Assembly (NCBI GenBank): GCA_041657385.1
Contig: JBBABZ010000005.1
Location: forward strand, 1-51,275
Reading direction: 5' to 3'
Length of the DNA: 51,275 nt
Source: Minisyncoccota bacterium
Lineage (GTDB): Bacteria > Patescibacteriota > Minisyncoccia > Minisyncoccales > JAQTVQ01
Position numbers and translations under genes: made by a program. Below are positions 31,899-40,492 of this stretch, piece after piece; position 1 is the stretch's first letter, and each line of letters opens with the position of its first letter. The notes under the pieces are model-generated. The model was not told the origin of the DNA, searched no databases, and was given only the letters and a program-made list of their open reading frames with translations.

Positions 31899-33644
31899 AT
31901 GTCATTAAAAAATTGGAGAGTTAATCTGATATTTCCGCTTTTAATATTATTTAGCATTCCGATATTCTGGCGTTTATTTGACCTCCAAATTTTAAAAGGA
32001 AGCTTTTATAAAGCCTTAGCTCAAGGGCAGCAAAGCGCTTTGTCTCAAACCGAACCTAAAAGGGGAGATATCTATTTCAAAAATGGAGAAATATTGGCGG
32101 CTACCAAAGAGGAGCCGTTTTTGCGTGTTTGCGTTAAAGATTTCGAAAAGAAAGAAGAAGCAGCGGCTGCCATTTCTCAAATATTAAAACAAGAGAAAGA
32201 AGAAATATTGAAGATCATAGATACGGGCGAAGGCTTTTATAAAACCGTTAAAGAAAACTTATCCAAGGAAGAAGTGGATGGTATTAATGATCTAAAAATG
32301 AAGGGAGTGGAAGTTGCCTGGCAATATAAAAGGCTTTACCCTAATTTAAATACCGGGTCGCAGATAGCGGGATTTTTGAATAAAGACGGCCAAGGGCAGT
32401 ATGGGCTGGAAGCATATTTTAACGATTCTTTGACTGGCGAAGAAAAATTTGAGAATAAAAAAGTTACTCCTTGGGGATTTTTATTTTCCAGCTCTGAAAA
32501 TTCCTCTAGCCAAGATAATGATTTACATCTAACGGTTGATTACAGTATTCAGTTCGAAGCTGAAAAAATATTAAAAGTGGGAGTGGAAAAATACGGTGCT
32601 AAAAGTGGGGAAATTTTGGTGGCCGAGCCGGCGACGGGAAAGATCATCGCGATGGCTCAATATCCCAATTTTGATCCTAATAAATATGGGGAATCAGCTA
32701 TGGAAAATTTTTCTAATAAATCCATTCAAACTGTTTTTGAACCAGGGTCTATTTTCAAACCGATTACGATTGCCATCGCTTTAAATGAAGGAAAAATTAC
32801 GCCCGAAACTCTTTTTTATGACGATGTCGGGTATCGCCAAGTTAGCGGCTACAAAGTTTATAATTATTCTCAAAAAGCTTGGGGTACCAGAAAAATGTAT
32901 GAAAGTTTGCAATATTCGATTAATGTCGGAGTTATGGATGCGGAAACATTGATCGGCAATCAAACTTTTTATGATTACCTCGTCAATAGGTTTGAGCTTA
33001 ACGATGAAACCGGCATTGAATTGGCCGGCGAAATAGTTTCTCCTTCTCAAAATAAAGAATTAAAAAAGGCTTTGGACAACAATATCCAGGTAACTTTTGC
33101 TAATGCTTCTTTCGGCCAAGGAGTGGAAATGACTCCTTTGCAAATAGTCCGCGCTTTTTGCGGATTGGCAAACAAAGGCCAGATGCCGGAAAAAATACAA
33201 ATCATTGAAAATAAAGTTGTGAACGGAAAAATAGAATCATTCAATAATCAAACTTTTAAAACGCTTATAAGCCAAGAAAATTCAGAGAAATTGGTGAAGA
33301 TGATGATTAATGTCGTTGAAAATGGTTACGGCCATTTAGCCAAGATCCCAGGTTATTATGTTGCCGGCAAAACAGGCACATCGCAAATGTCTTATGCCTA
33401 TTTGGGTCAGGATAAAGCAGGATATTCTACTACCGATACTTGGCAAACTTTTATGGGTTTTGCCCCTGCCTATAATCCGCGCTTCGTTATGCTAGTCAAG
33501 CTGGATAATCCCGCTAATAGTAAAACTTCGGAATATTCCGCCGTGCCGATGTTCCATGATCTGGCCAAATATATCCTAGACCGTTGGCAGATTACTCCCG
33601 ACTATGATCCCGATCTCGCCACAACCAGCCAAAAAATATATTAA
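31899..33644 (+). CDS. ftsI: Penicillin-binding protein, FtsI/PBP2-type transpeptidase
   Basis: N-terminal TM and a PBP dimerisation domain. Transpeptidase motifs GSIFKP (SxxK), SIN (SxN) and KTGTS (KTG). Confidence 0.8.
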   Translation: MSLKNWRVNLIFPLLILFSIPIFWRLFDLQILKGSFYKALAQGQQSALSQTEPKRGDIYFKNGEILAATKEEPFLRVCVKDFEKKEEAAAAISQILKQEKEEILKIIDTGEGFYKTVKENLSKEEVDGINDLKMKGVEVAWQYKRLYPNLNTGSQIAGFLNKDGQGQYGLEAYFNDSLTGEEKFENKKVTPWGFLFSSSENSSSQDNDLHLTVDYSIQFEAEKILKVGVEKYGAKSGEILVAEPATGKIIAMAQYPNFDPNKYGESAMENFSNKSIQTVFEPGSIFKPITIAIALNEGKITPETLFYDDVGYRQVSGYKVYNYSQKAWGTRKMYESLQYSINVGVMDAETLIGNQTFYDYLVNRFELNDETGIELAGEIVSPSQNKELKKALDNNIQVTFANASFGQGVEMTPLQIVRAFCGLANKGQMPEKIQIIENKVVNGKIESFNNQTFKTLISQENSEKLVKMMINVVENGYGHLAKIPGYYVAGKTGTSQMSYAYLGQDKAGYSTTDTWQTFMGFAPAYNPRFVMLVKLDNPANSKTSEYSAVPMFHDLAKYILDRWQITPDYDPDLATTSQKIY

Positions 33645-33654
33645 ATATTTTATA

Positions 33655-33688
33655 TTAAAAACAGGCAACACTGTGTGTGCTGCCTGTC
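33655..33688 (-). terminator. Minus-strand intrinsic terminator
   Basis: On the minus strand: ACAGGCA-GCACACACAGTGT-TGCCTGT followed by TTTTT. In the plus orientation it is followed by A-runs, so it is not a good ftsI terminator. Confidence 0.55.
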
Positions 33689-33791
33689 AAAAAAAGGAGG
33701 CCTCTCTGGCTCCACTGCCATTGGAGAGGGGTCCGTTACTGGAGGATATTCTGAATATTTTTTGAAAAATAATCTTTAAAAATCCTTTCAT
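33687..33791 (-). CDS. Candidate 34-aa micro-ORF (MKGFLKIIFQKIFRISSSNGPLSNGSGAREASFF)
   Basis: My own translation. AAGGA lies 9 nt upstream of the ATG. The stop overlaps the terminator stem. It sits in a promoter-to-terminator unit. A 44-aa plus-strand ORF (33812..33946) is a competing reading. Confidence 0.25.
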   Translation of the reverse strand: MKGFLKIIFQKIFRISSSNGPLSNGSGAREASFF

Positions 33792-33944
33792 ATTTATTTT
33801 CCTTGCGGAAAATGCATACAGCTGGGATTATAAACCCTTCATTTCTTTTTTTGAAAAGAAATGTGTTGTATGGTGGAGCCCTTGAAAAAAGATTGTTAAG
33901 CAGTCCTTTTTCAAGAACTCCACATATTTTTAAAGAACAATTAT

Positions 33945-33973
33945 AATATAATACTATATCTGGTTTTTGTCAA
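33945..33973 (-). promoter_or_regulatory. Minus-strand sigma70-like promoter
   Basis: TTGACA (33973-68), 17-nt spacer, TATATT (33950-45). Confidence 0.5.
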
Positions 33974-34032
33974 GGGGTTTTGGGTTTTTATTTAGACAAA
34001 AAGATTTTTTTGTGTTAATTTAATAGAGTTTT

Positions 34033-34104
34033 GGCCCCATCGTCTAGTGGTTAGGACGCGTGGTTCTCATCCACGTAACACCGGTTCGACTCCGGTTGGG
34101 GCCG
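34033..34104 (+). tRNA. tRNA-Glu (CTC)
   Basis: Acceptor GGCCCCA/TGGGGCC. D-arm GTC-TAGTGGTTAG-GAC. Anticodon arm CGTGG-TTCTCAT-CCACG. T-arm ACCGG-TTCGACT-CCGGT. No encoded CCA. Confidence 0.9.
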
Positions 34105-34162
34105 CCCAGAACCACGTAGGGTTCTGGGCGGCCCGGCACCCTACGTGGTGCCGGGGCCGCCC
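34098..34162 (+). repeat. 45-nt palindromic mini-element flanked by 10-bp direct repeats (GGGGCCGCCC), the first being the tRNA-Glu 3' end
   Basis: Direct repeats at 34098-107 and 34153-162. Hairpin A is GCCGCCCAGAACC-ACGTAG-GGTTCTGGGCGGC (34101-132). Hairpin B is CCGGCACC-CTACGT-GGTGCCGG (34133-154). The loop regions ACCACGTAGGGT and ACCCTACGTGGT are mutually complementary. Confidence 0.7.
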
Positions 34163-34223
34163 GGGACAAGGCAAGTTTTTCTAAACATTCGCGTGCCAAC
34201 GGCCGCCGAAGACGAGCGAAGGC

Positions 34224-34279
34224 GGGCTTCGCCTCGCCGTAATCCATTGAAGTCCATGACAAGGAGGGCTTCGCCTCGC
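34224..34279 (+). repeat. Direct repeat of GGGCTTCGCCTCGC (42-bp period); member of a dispersed GC-rich intergenic motif family
   Basis: Copies at 34224-237 and 34266-279. GGGCTTCG also occurs at 47902 and 50892. GAGCGAAGGC occurs at 34214 and 47933. Confidence 0.7.
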
Positions 34280-34302
34280 TGAAGTTAAATCCATTTGTAT
34301 CT

Positions 34303-34707
34303 ATGAATAAAGTGTATCTGGCGGGCCAGCCAAACGAGTATGAAAATAGCTGGAAGGAGCTTTTTAAGAAGCTGGATGGGTTTGATTTTTATGATTGGGA
34401 ATCGGATTCAGACCAGACTTCGCCGGATACTTTTTTTCCAGCCGATTTATGCGGAATAAAAAAAGCTGATTTTATGGTTGCGAACCCCGGCATTGCGCCG
34501 TCCGAAGGAACCTGGATGGAAATCGGCTATTTTTACGCCAATAACACAAAAGCACCTGGAGATTTTTGTAAGAAATTGATTATCGTTTGGCGAGAGGATA
34601 GAGAGCCTAAATGGTCTATTGATTTTATCAAGAAAGCTGGATGGGTGGTAAATTCAGTGGAAGAAGCTAAAAATAAGCTGTTTGAAATTGCTGGAGAAAA
34701 ACAATAG
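34303..34707 (+). CDS. Nucleoside 2-deoxyribosyltransferase-like protein
   Basis: VYLAG... ADLCGIKKADFMVANPG...SEGTWMEIGYFYA resembles the Rossmann-like NDT/YtoQ-type pattern (YLAG, catalytic-region E, GT.EhG). Weak, by-eye assignment. Confidence 0.45.
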   Translation: MNKVYLAGQPNEYENSWKELFKKLDGFDFYDWESDSDQTSPDTFFPADLCGIKKADFMVANPGIAPSEGTWMEIGYFYANNTKAPGDFCKKLIIVWREDREPKWSIDFIKKAGWVVNSVEEAKNKLFEIAGEKQ

Positions 34708-34744
34708 AATAATACTTACAGAGATAATAAGTGCAATTTTTTAT

Positions 34745-37273
34745 ATGGAAAATTCTAATATCAATAACAATATAGCCGCCGGCAAGCCGGAGGAAAAAGA
34801 TAGGTATAACCCTTCTGAAAAAGAAAAATATTGGCAGGAATTTTGGGACAAGGAAGGCGTTTACAGATTTGATCCTGAAAAATCCGGGCCTATCTATACC
34901 GTTGACACTCCGCCTCCGACCATTTCCGGAGCTTTGCATTTGGGGCATATTTACTCATATATCCACGCGGAGGTCATTTCGCGTTTTAAAAGAATGGACG
35001 GAGCCAATATAAGATACCCTTTTGGTTTGGATAATAACGGCTTGCCTACGGAAAGATTGGTAGAAAAAGAGATCGGAATGAAGGGACAGGATATGCAGTT
35101 GGACGAATTCGTTAAGAAATGTTTGGAGGCCACGGAGAAATACAAGAAAGATTATGAAGGCCTTTGGAAATCGATCGGTCTTAGCGTTGACTGGAGGCTG
35201 GCATTTTCAACGATCTCCCCGGAAGTGCAAAAACTTTCGCAAACCGTTTTCAAAGAACTTTACGAGAAAGGGGTTATTTACAAGAAAAATGCCCCGGCTT
35301 TGTATTGTACCGAATGCCACACTTCTTTTGCGCAGGCTGAAAAAGAAGACAAAGAAAAAGAAGCTGTTTTCTATGATCTGGCTTTTAAAATCGAAGACGG
35401 CCAAGATTTGATAATCGCTACAACTCGGCCGGAACTTTTGCCGGCTTGCGTAGCGGTTTTTGTAAATCCAGAAGATACCAGATACAAACATTTAGTAGGC
35501 AAAAAAGTTAAAACTCCGCTTGGACAAGAGGTGGAAATTATGGCTGATGGAAAAGTTGAGCTGGAAAAAGGCAGCGGCGCTGTGATGTGCTGTACTTACG
35601 GAGACGAAACTGATATTTATTGGTCCAGGATGCACGCTTTGCCGGAAAAGATTATTTTGGATAAAGACGGGAAAATACAGAATACCGATGCTTCACTCGG
35701 CATCAACGGCAAACCGGTTTACGAAGCAAGGAAGATCATTATTGAAAAACTCAGAGAAGGCGGATATGTAAGGAAAGAAGAGAGAATCGTTCATAGTATC
35801 GGTATTCACGAGAGATGCGGCATGCCCATCGAATTTTTGTCTACTGTCCAGTGGTTTATGAAGATATTAGACAAAAAAGAAGATCTGTTGAAAGCCGGCA
35901 GAGAGATCAATTGGTATCCGGACTATATGGGAAAGAGATACGAAGAGTGGGTTTCCGGATTAAAATGGGATTGGTGCATTTCCAGAGAAAGATTTTACGG
36001 CATTCCAGTTCCTGTTTTTAGTTGTGATAGTTGCGGGAAAATAGTTATTCCGGATGAAAGCGAATTTCCGATTGATCCCAAGAAAGAAAAGGCAGAGCGC
36101 AAATGTCCCGATTGCAAAAATGGAAAATTGGTCCCTGATAAAAATATTTTTGATACTTGGTTTACTTCTTCTCTAACGCCCGATATCAATAACCTTCATC
36201 CGTTGAACGGCAAATTGCAGGGCAAGATGTATCCTATGTCTATGCGGCCGCTGGCGCACGATATAATAAGGACCTGGGCCGTTTATTCAATACTAATGGG
36301 TCTATACCGCCATAATGCCGCGCCTTGGAAAGACTTGATGATATCAGGCCATATTTTGCTTAAGAAAGGGGAAAAGATAAGCAAGAAAACAGGAGGCGGA
36401 AAATACAAACCCGAAGAATTGATAGCAACGCAATCGGCTGACGCTATCCGTTATACAATGTGCGGAGTAGCCTTAGGCAAAGACGCTTATTATGACGAGA
36501 AAGAAGTGGAAAAGGGAAGGAAATTGGCCACGAAACTTTATAACGCAGGCAAGCTTGTTCTAGGGAAACTGCAGGATTTCGATCCCAAGGAAAATGTTTC
36601 CATGAATGATCTGGAGGCGATCGATAAATGGATATTGCAGAGATCGTTCGAGACCGGGGAGAAAATGGCGCAGGCTTTTGATAACTACGAATATTCGCAG
36701 GCCAGGCAAGCGTTCGATGATTTTTTCTGGTCGGAGTTTTGCGATAACTATTTGGAGATCGCCAAGGGCAGACTGAATAAAATTGAAAATTCTAAAGAAA
36801 AAAGATCCGCTCAATTTGCTTCTTACCAAGGCTTTTTGAATGTTCTTAAAATGGCTTCTCCTTTTGTCCCTCACATTACAGAAGAAATGTATCACGCGGA
36901 GATAATAAAAAAGGGAGAAGGGGAAAACATGAAGGAGTCAATAGATTCAAAAAGCGATGCCGGGTATTTTTACAGGAATGAAAAGATCGCGAGCATCCAT
37001 ATCTCCAAATGGCCGCGGAATAATAAGGAATATTTCGATGCCGGCATAATTGAGGGAGCGGAAATGGCTTTATCCGTCATATCCGAAGCAAGGAAATTCA
37101 AAGCCGATAATAAGATCAAACTGCGCGATGAGGTTTCTTCTTTAACTATAAAATGCCCATCGGATAAACAGGCTCTTATTAAACCTTTTCTGGCTGATAT
37201 CGCATCAGTTGCAAAAGCAAGGGAGATAAGCATGACAGACGGCGAAGGATTGTCGGTAGAGATAAAAATATAG
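34745..37273 (+). CDS. valS: Valine--tRNA ligase (compact form)
   Basis: From ATG 34745: YNPSEKEKYWQEFW...VDTPPPTISGALHLGHIYSY (PPP.. + HIGH), GLDNNGLPTE, and the KMSKS-like KISKKTGG. The listed ORF start 34682 overlaps the previous gene. Confidence 0.85.
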   Translation: MENSNINNNIAAGKPEEKDRYNPSEKEKYWQEFWDKEGVYRFDPEKSGPIYTVDTPPPTISGALHLGHIYSYIHAEVISRFKRMDGANIRYPFGLDNNGLPTERLVEKEIGMKGQDMQLDEFVKKCLEATEKYKKDYEGLWKSIGLSVDWRLAFSTISPEVQKLSQTVFKELYEKGVIYKKNAPALYCTECHTSFAQAEKEDKEKEAVFYDLAFKIEDGQDLIIATTRPELLPACVAVFVNPEDTRYKHLVGKKVKTPLGQEVEIMADGKVELEKGSGAVMCCTYGDETDIYWSRMHALPEKIILDKDGKIQNTDASLGINGKPVYEARKIIIEKLREGGYVRKEERIVHSIGIHERCGMPIEFLSTVQWFMKILDKKEDLLKAGREINWYPDYMGKRYEEWVSGLKWDWCISRERFYGIPVPVFSCDSCGKIVIPDESEFPIDPKKEKAERKCPDCKNGKLVPDKNIFDTWFTSSLTPDINNLHPLNGKLQGKMYPMSMRPLAHDIIRTWAVYSILMGLYRHNAAPWKDLMISGHILLKKGEKISKKTGGGKYKPEELIATQSADAIRYTMCGVALGKDAYYDEKEVEKGRKLATKLYNAGKLVLGKLQDFDPKENVSMNDLEAIDKWILQRSFETGEKMAQAFDNYEYSQARQAFDDFFWSEFCDNYLEIAKGRLNKIENSKEKRSAQFASYQGFLNVLKMASPFVPHITEEMYHAEIIKKGEGENMKESIDSKSDAGYFYRNEKIASIHISKWPRNNKEYFDAGIIEGAEMALSVISEARKFKADNKIKLRDEVSSLTIKCPSDKQALIKPFLADIASVAKAREISMTDGEGLSVEIKI

Positions 37274-37293
37274 CATTCAATAACATTCCAATA

Positions 37294-37881
37294 ATGGAAA
37301 ACTCTATTCAGGAGTTATTAAAAACCAGCAAGAAATACAAGGAAACAGCAGCGAAATTTTTGCAGGAGAAAAATTTGATTGAAGACCTTGGCAATTTTGG
37401 CCGTGTGGAATTAGGCGGGTCATATTCTTACGATCTTATGATGAATGGGGACATTGATCTTTATGTTGTGCGTAATGATCCGTTTTCAGCAGAGGAGATG
37501 GCAGAGATATTCAAATTTTTTTATCTTAAAAGAAAGTTTAAAAGCTATTTTATTCTTGGCGATTGGTATGACCGCCGGAAAGGCAACGAATGGCCTCACG
37601 GCCACTATATCGGTCTTAAAGATGATATAAGCGGCGATAAATGGGTGGTTGATGCATGGTTTGTTTCCGAAGAAGAATTTAAAGCCAGGGAGAAAAAAGA
37701 GATCGTTAAAAATGTTATTTTGACCGAGGAACAAAAACAGCTTATTCTGTTGTTCAAAAAATACAGGAATGAAAATAAATTGCGCGTCCCCGGTCAAACC
37801 ATTTATCAGCTAGTGATCAGCGGAGAATGTAAAAATTTGGAAGATTTTAAGGCTCGCTTAACTTCCAGCGAGATAAAGTAA
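37294..37881 (+). CDS. Nucleotidyltransferase-fold (Pol-beta / MNT-like) protein
   Basis: VELGGSYSYDLMMNGDIDLYVV fits the GS-x(9-11)-DxD minimal NTase motif. 195 aa. It starts 20 nt after valS. Confidence 0.5.
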   Translation: MENSIQELLKTSKKYKETAAKFLQEKNLIEDLGNFGRVELGGSYSYDLMMNGDIDLYVVRNDPFSAEEMAEIFKFFYLKRKFKSYFILGDWYDRRKGNEWPHGHYIGLKDDISGDKWVVDAWFVSEEEFKAREKKEIVKNVILTEEQKQLILLFKKYRNENKLRVPGQTIYQLVISGECKNLEDFKARLTSSEIK

Positions 37882-37897
37882 AAACTATTGCCATAAT

Positions 37898-38000
37898 TTG
37901 ACAACGCAAGAGAAAAGGCTAAGATTATAGGGAAATGCAAACGATCTGCCTTATCAGAATACGAAACGGCTAAAAGAAACGGCGATCAAGCCGTTTTTTT
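37898..38000 (+). ncRNA. Candidate small transcription unit (weak promoter, about 70 nt, intrinsic terminator): sRNA or leader/attenuator
   Basis: TTGACA (37898-903), 17-nt spacer, AAGATT (37921-26). Terminator AAACGGC-GATCAA-GCCGTTT + TTTT at 37977-38000. Confidence 0.3.
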
Positions 38001-38049
38001 GTAGTTTTGCATTGATAGTTCTTTTAGAAAAGAAAAAGAGGTTATAGGT

Positions 38050-38148
38050 ATGGGAAAATGGTATTGTTTTAGGGATGATAGGTATTTAGGAGACGAGGAA
38101 GCCAAGGTTTGCGGGAATAAAGAAGCTTCAAACGGCGAGAGGTGCTGA
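38050..38148 (+). CDS. Candidate 32-aa Cys-containing micro-ORF
   Basis: MGKWYCFRDDRYLGDEEAKVCGNKEASNGERC, preceded by AGAGG 9 nt upstream. Very tentative. Confidence 0.2.
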   Translation: MGKWYCFRDDRYLGDEEAKVCGNKEASNGERC

Positions 38149-38189
38149 AGCTGGTGTTTATCTGCGAACAGGAAAAAGGAGCTGGTTGA

Positions 38190-38363
38190 ATGGCTGGAAA
38201 AACTTTTGAGCAGACCGAAGAGATATTCTACTCCTGTTGCAAACATCGTTGCGGCGTTAAGCCTAATACGGTTTTGCGCTACTGTTCCCAAAAGGAAGGC
38301 GGACAGTGCAAAAAATTAGATATCAGCAATACCAGGAAATGGGCCGATTCTCCAATGAGATAG
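38190..38363 (+). CDS. Candidate 57-aa Cys-rich small protein
   Basis: MAGKTFEQTEEIFYSCCKHRCGVKPNTVLRYCSQKEGGQCKKLDISNTRKWADSPMR. Strong SD (AAGGAG, 8-nt spacer). It conflicts with the listed antisense ORF 37986..38291, which has only a TTG start and low-complexity content. Confidence 0.35.
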   Translation: MAGKTFEQTEEIFYSCCKHRCGVKPNTVLRYCSQKEGGQCKKLDISNTRKWADSPMR

Positions 38364-38420
38364 GCCCTTAATTTTTATATTTTCAAAAATTGGCAACTTA
38401 AATTATAATAAGGATATATT

Positions 38421-39188
38421 ATGTCTCAATATTACAATTCAAAAAGGCTTAACGGATTATATAAGCCTGGAGCCAAAGAACCGTTCAAACTTTCACGGTC
38501 CAAGATCGATCTATTTTTAAACTGTCCCCGTTGTTTTTATCTTGATCGCAGATTAGGTATCGGCCGTCCGCCGGGATTCCCATTTTCTTTAAACAGCGCG
38601 GTTGATGCTTTGTTGAAACAGGAGTTTGATATTTACCGTGCTAATGGCAGCAAGCATCCGCTTATAGAAAAATACGGCGTTGACGCCCGGCCGGTTTTCC
38701 ACGATGACTTGGACAAATGGCGCCATAATTTTACAGGCATCCAATATCTGCACGAACCGACCAATTTTTTGATCTTTGGCGCAATTGACGATCTTTGGCA
38801 GAATTCCAAAGGGGAATTTATCGTGGTTGATTATAAGGCTACGGCAAAAAAGGAAGACATCACGGAATTGGATAAAGAATGGCACGAAGGATATAAGCGG
38901 CAAATGGAAATTTACCAGTGGCTATTGCGCCGCAACGGCTACGAGGTTTCCAACACCGGTTATTTTGTTTATTGCAACGGCAAGGCTGATCGCGAAGCTT
39001 TTGACGGCAAGCTTGATTTTGATGTTACCTTGATCTCTTATACCGGCAGCGATGCTTGGATCGAGGAGGCTGTTTCAAGAGCCCATAAATGTTTAAATTC
39101 CTCAAACATTCCCGAAGCTGATCCTGGCTGCGATTATTGCAGCTATATCAAAGAGGCCAAAGAAGCTGGCGTTCAGAGCGGCGATTAG
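38421..39188 (+). CDS. PD-(D/E)XK nuclease, Cas4/RecB-like with Cys cluster
   Basis: N-terminal [11 protein letters not shown]. Nuclease core GAIDDL ... IVVDYKAT ... QMEIYQWLL (D, D/ExK, QxxxY). C-terminal CDYCSY. This is the pattern of Fe-S Cas4/AddB-type nuclease domains. No CRISPR array or cas genes nearby. Confidence 0.7.
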   Translation: MSQYYNSKRLNGLYKPGAKEPFKLSRSKIDLFLNCPRCFYLDRRLGIGRPPGFPFSLNSAVDALLKQEFDIYRANGSKHPLIEKYGVDARPVFHDDLDKWRHNFTGIQYLHEPTNFLIFGAIDDLWQNSKGEFIVVDYKATAKKEDITELDKEWHEGYKRQMEIYQWLLRRNGYEVSNTGYFVYCNGKADREAFDGKLDFDVTLISYTGSDAWIEEAVSRAHKCLNSSNIPEADPGCDYCSYIKEAKEAGVQSGD

Positions 39189-39208
39189 AAAATAAAAGGG
39201 AAATAAAA

Positions 39209-40489
39209 ATGGATAATATCCCAAAACAAGCGATCATTTTGGCAGCCGGGGAATCTTCCCGGCTTTGGCCTCTCAATTCTAAACATAAAAGCTTATTGCG
39301 GATCATGGGCAAGCCGTTGATCTGGTATACAATTGAAGGATTGCGCACCGCCGGCATCGAGGATATCGTTGTCGTTCAGGGGCCGAAGCGCGATATAGAA
39401 GAGGATCTAAAAGATTTTTCGGACCTTGGCAATGTGAAATATGTGATCCAGCCGGAGGCTAATGGCATGAGCGGCGCGATGGCGGCGGCAAAGCCTTATG
39501 CCAACGAACAATTTTTTATTTTGTTCGCGCATGCGGTTGACTGTTTAGATGTGGTTAAGAAAATGCTGGAAAAAAGCCGGCAGACCGGGGCAAAAATGGT
39601 TTTGGCCGGACAGGCCACTAATAGTCCTTGGCTTTATGGCGCGGCGCGGCTGGAGGGCGACCGGATTTACGAGATCGTTGAAAAGCCGATAGAAGGCAAA
39701 GAGCCGTCCAATATTAAAATTAACGGCATCTATTTGTTTGAAAGCCGTTATTTTGATTATTTGCAAAAAACTTTGGGCACAACCCATTTCAACCAGGAAT
39801 TCGAAGCGGCGGCTTCGGCTTACGCCAAGGAAAACGATTCCCGCATCGTTGTTTTAGATAAAGATTATAAAGGCATATCGTTGAAATATCCTTGGCATTT
39901 ATTCGGCGTGCAAAAATATATTTTTGATAAATTTTTAATAAAGCAAACTATTGCCAAATCCGCGCGGATCGCCAAAAGCGCGATTATCATTGGCAATGTT
40001 TATATCGGCGATAACGTTGAAATTCATGAAGGAGCGGTGATCAAGGGTCCATGCTATGTCGGCGATAATTCCGTGATCGGCAACAATTCCATTGTCCGTG
40101 ATCATTGCGATCTGGAAAAAGGCGCGATAATAGGCGCGTTATGCGAGGCGGCGCGCGTGATCTTTCAGCCCGATGTTCATGTTCATTCCGGTTATTTCGG
40201 CGACTCTATCATTGACTCCGGTTGCCGGGTTGGCGCCGGTACGGTAACGGCCAACGCGCGTTTGGACAGGGATGAGATAAAAGCGCAAGTTAAAAGGGAA
40301 AAGAACGGGGAAAAAAGAACCGAGATGGTAGGGACAGGCTTAAAATCTTTAGGTATTATTGTCGGCCAAAATTCCAAGGTCGGAATAAATGCTTCACTGA
40401 TGCCTGGCAGAATGATCGGCAAGGATTGCGTAGTCGGCCCGGGAACGGTTTTAATGGAAAATTTACAGGATGGAGAAAAAGCGGTTTAA
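39209..40489 (+). CDS. Sugar-1-phosphate nucleotidyltransferase with C-terminal left-handed beta-helix (GlmU/archaeal bifunctional type)
   Basis: From ATG 39209: [31 protein letters not shown] (G.G.R.P motif). Hexapeptide-repeat-like C-terminus ([31 protein letters not shown]). Confidence 0.75.
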   Translation: MDNIPKQAIILAAGESSRLWPLNSKHKSLLRIMGKPLIWYTIEGLRTAGIEDIVVVQGPKRDIEEDLKDFSDLGNVKYVIQPEANGMSGAMAAAKPYANEQFFILFAHAVDCLDVVKKMLEKSRQTGAKMVLAGQATNSPWLYGAARLEGDRIYEIVEKPIEGKEPSNIKINGIYLFESRYFDYLQKTLGTTHFNQEFEAAASAYAKENDSRIVVLDKDYKGISLKYPWHLFGVQKYIFDKFLIKQTIAKSARIAKSAIIIGNVYIGDNVEIHEGAVIKGPCYVGDNSVIGNNSIVRDHCDLEKGAIIGALCEAARVIFQPDVHVHSGYFGDSIIDSGCRVGAGTVTANARLDRDEIKAQVKREKNGEKRTEMVGTGLKSLGIIVGQNSKVGINASLMPGRMIGKDCVVGPGTVLMENLQDGEKAV

Positions 40490-40492
40490 ATT

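Noticed and set aside
37294-37881. Calling the NTase-fold protein a CBASS-type cyclic-nucleotide synthase or an MNT antitoxin.
   Set aside because: At 195 aa it is too short for a CD-NTase. No HEPN toxin or cyclic-nucleotide effector domain is adjacent. Only the generic GS...DxD motif is visible.
37986-38291. The listed 101-aa minus-strand ORF in the NTase-nuclease gap.
   Set aside because: It has only a TTG start, no SD and a Ser/Phe/Leu-rich low-complexity translation. The opposite strand has an ATG ORF with an AAGGAG SD at ideal spacing. I still rate that plus-strand ORF as tentative.
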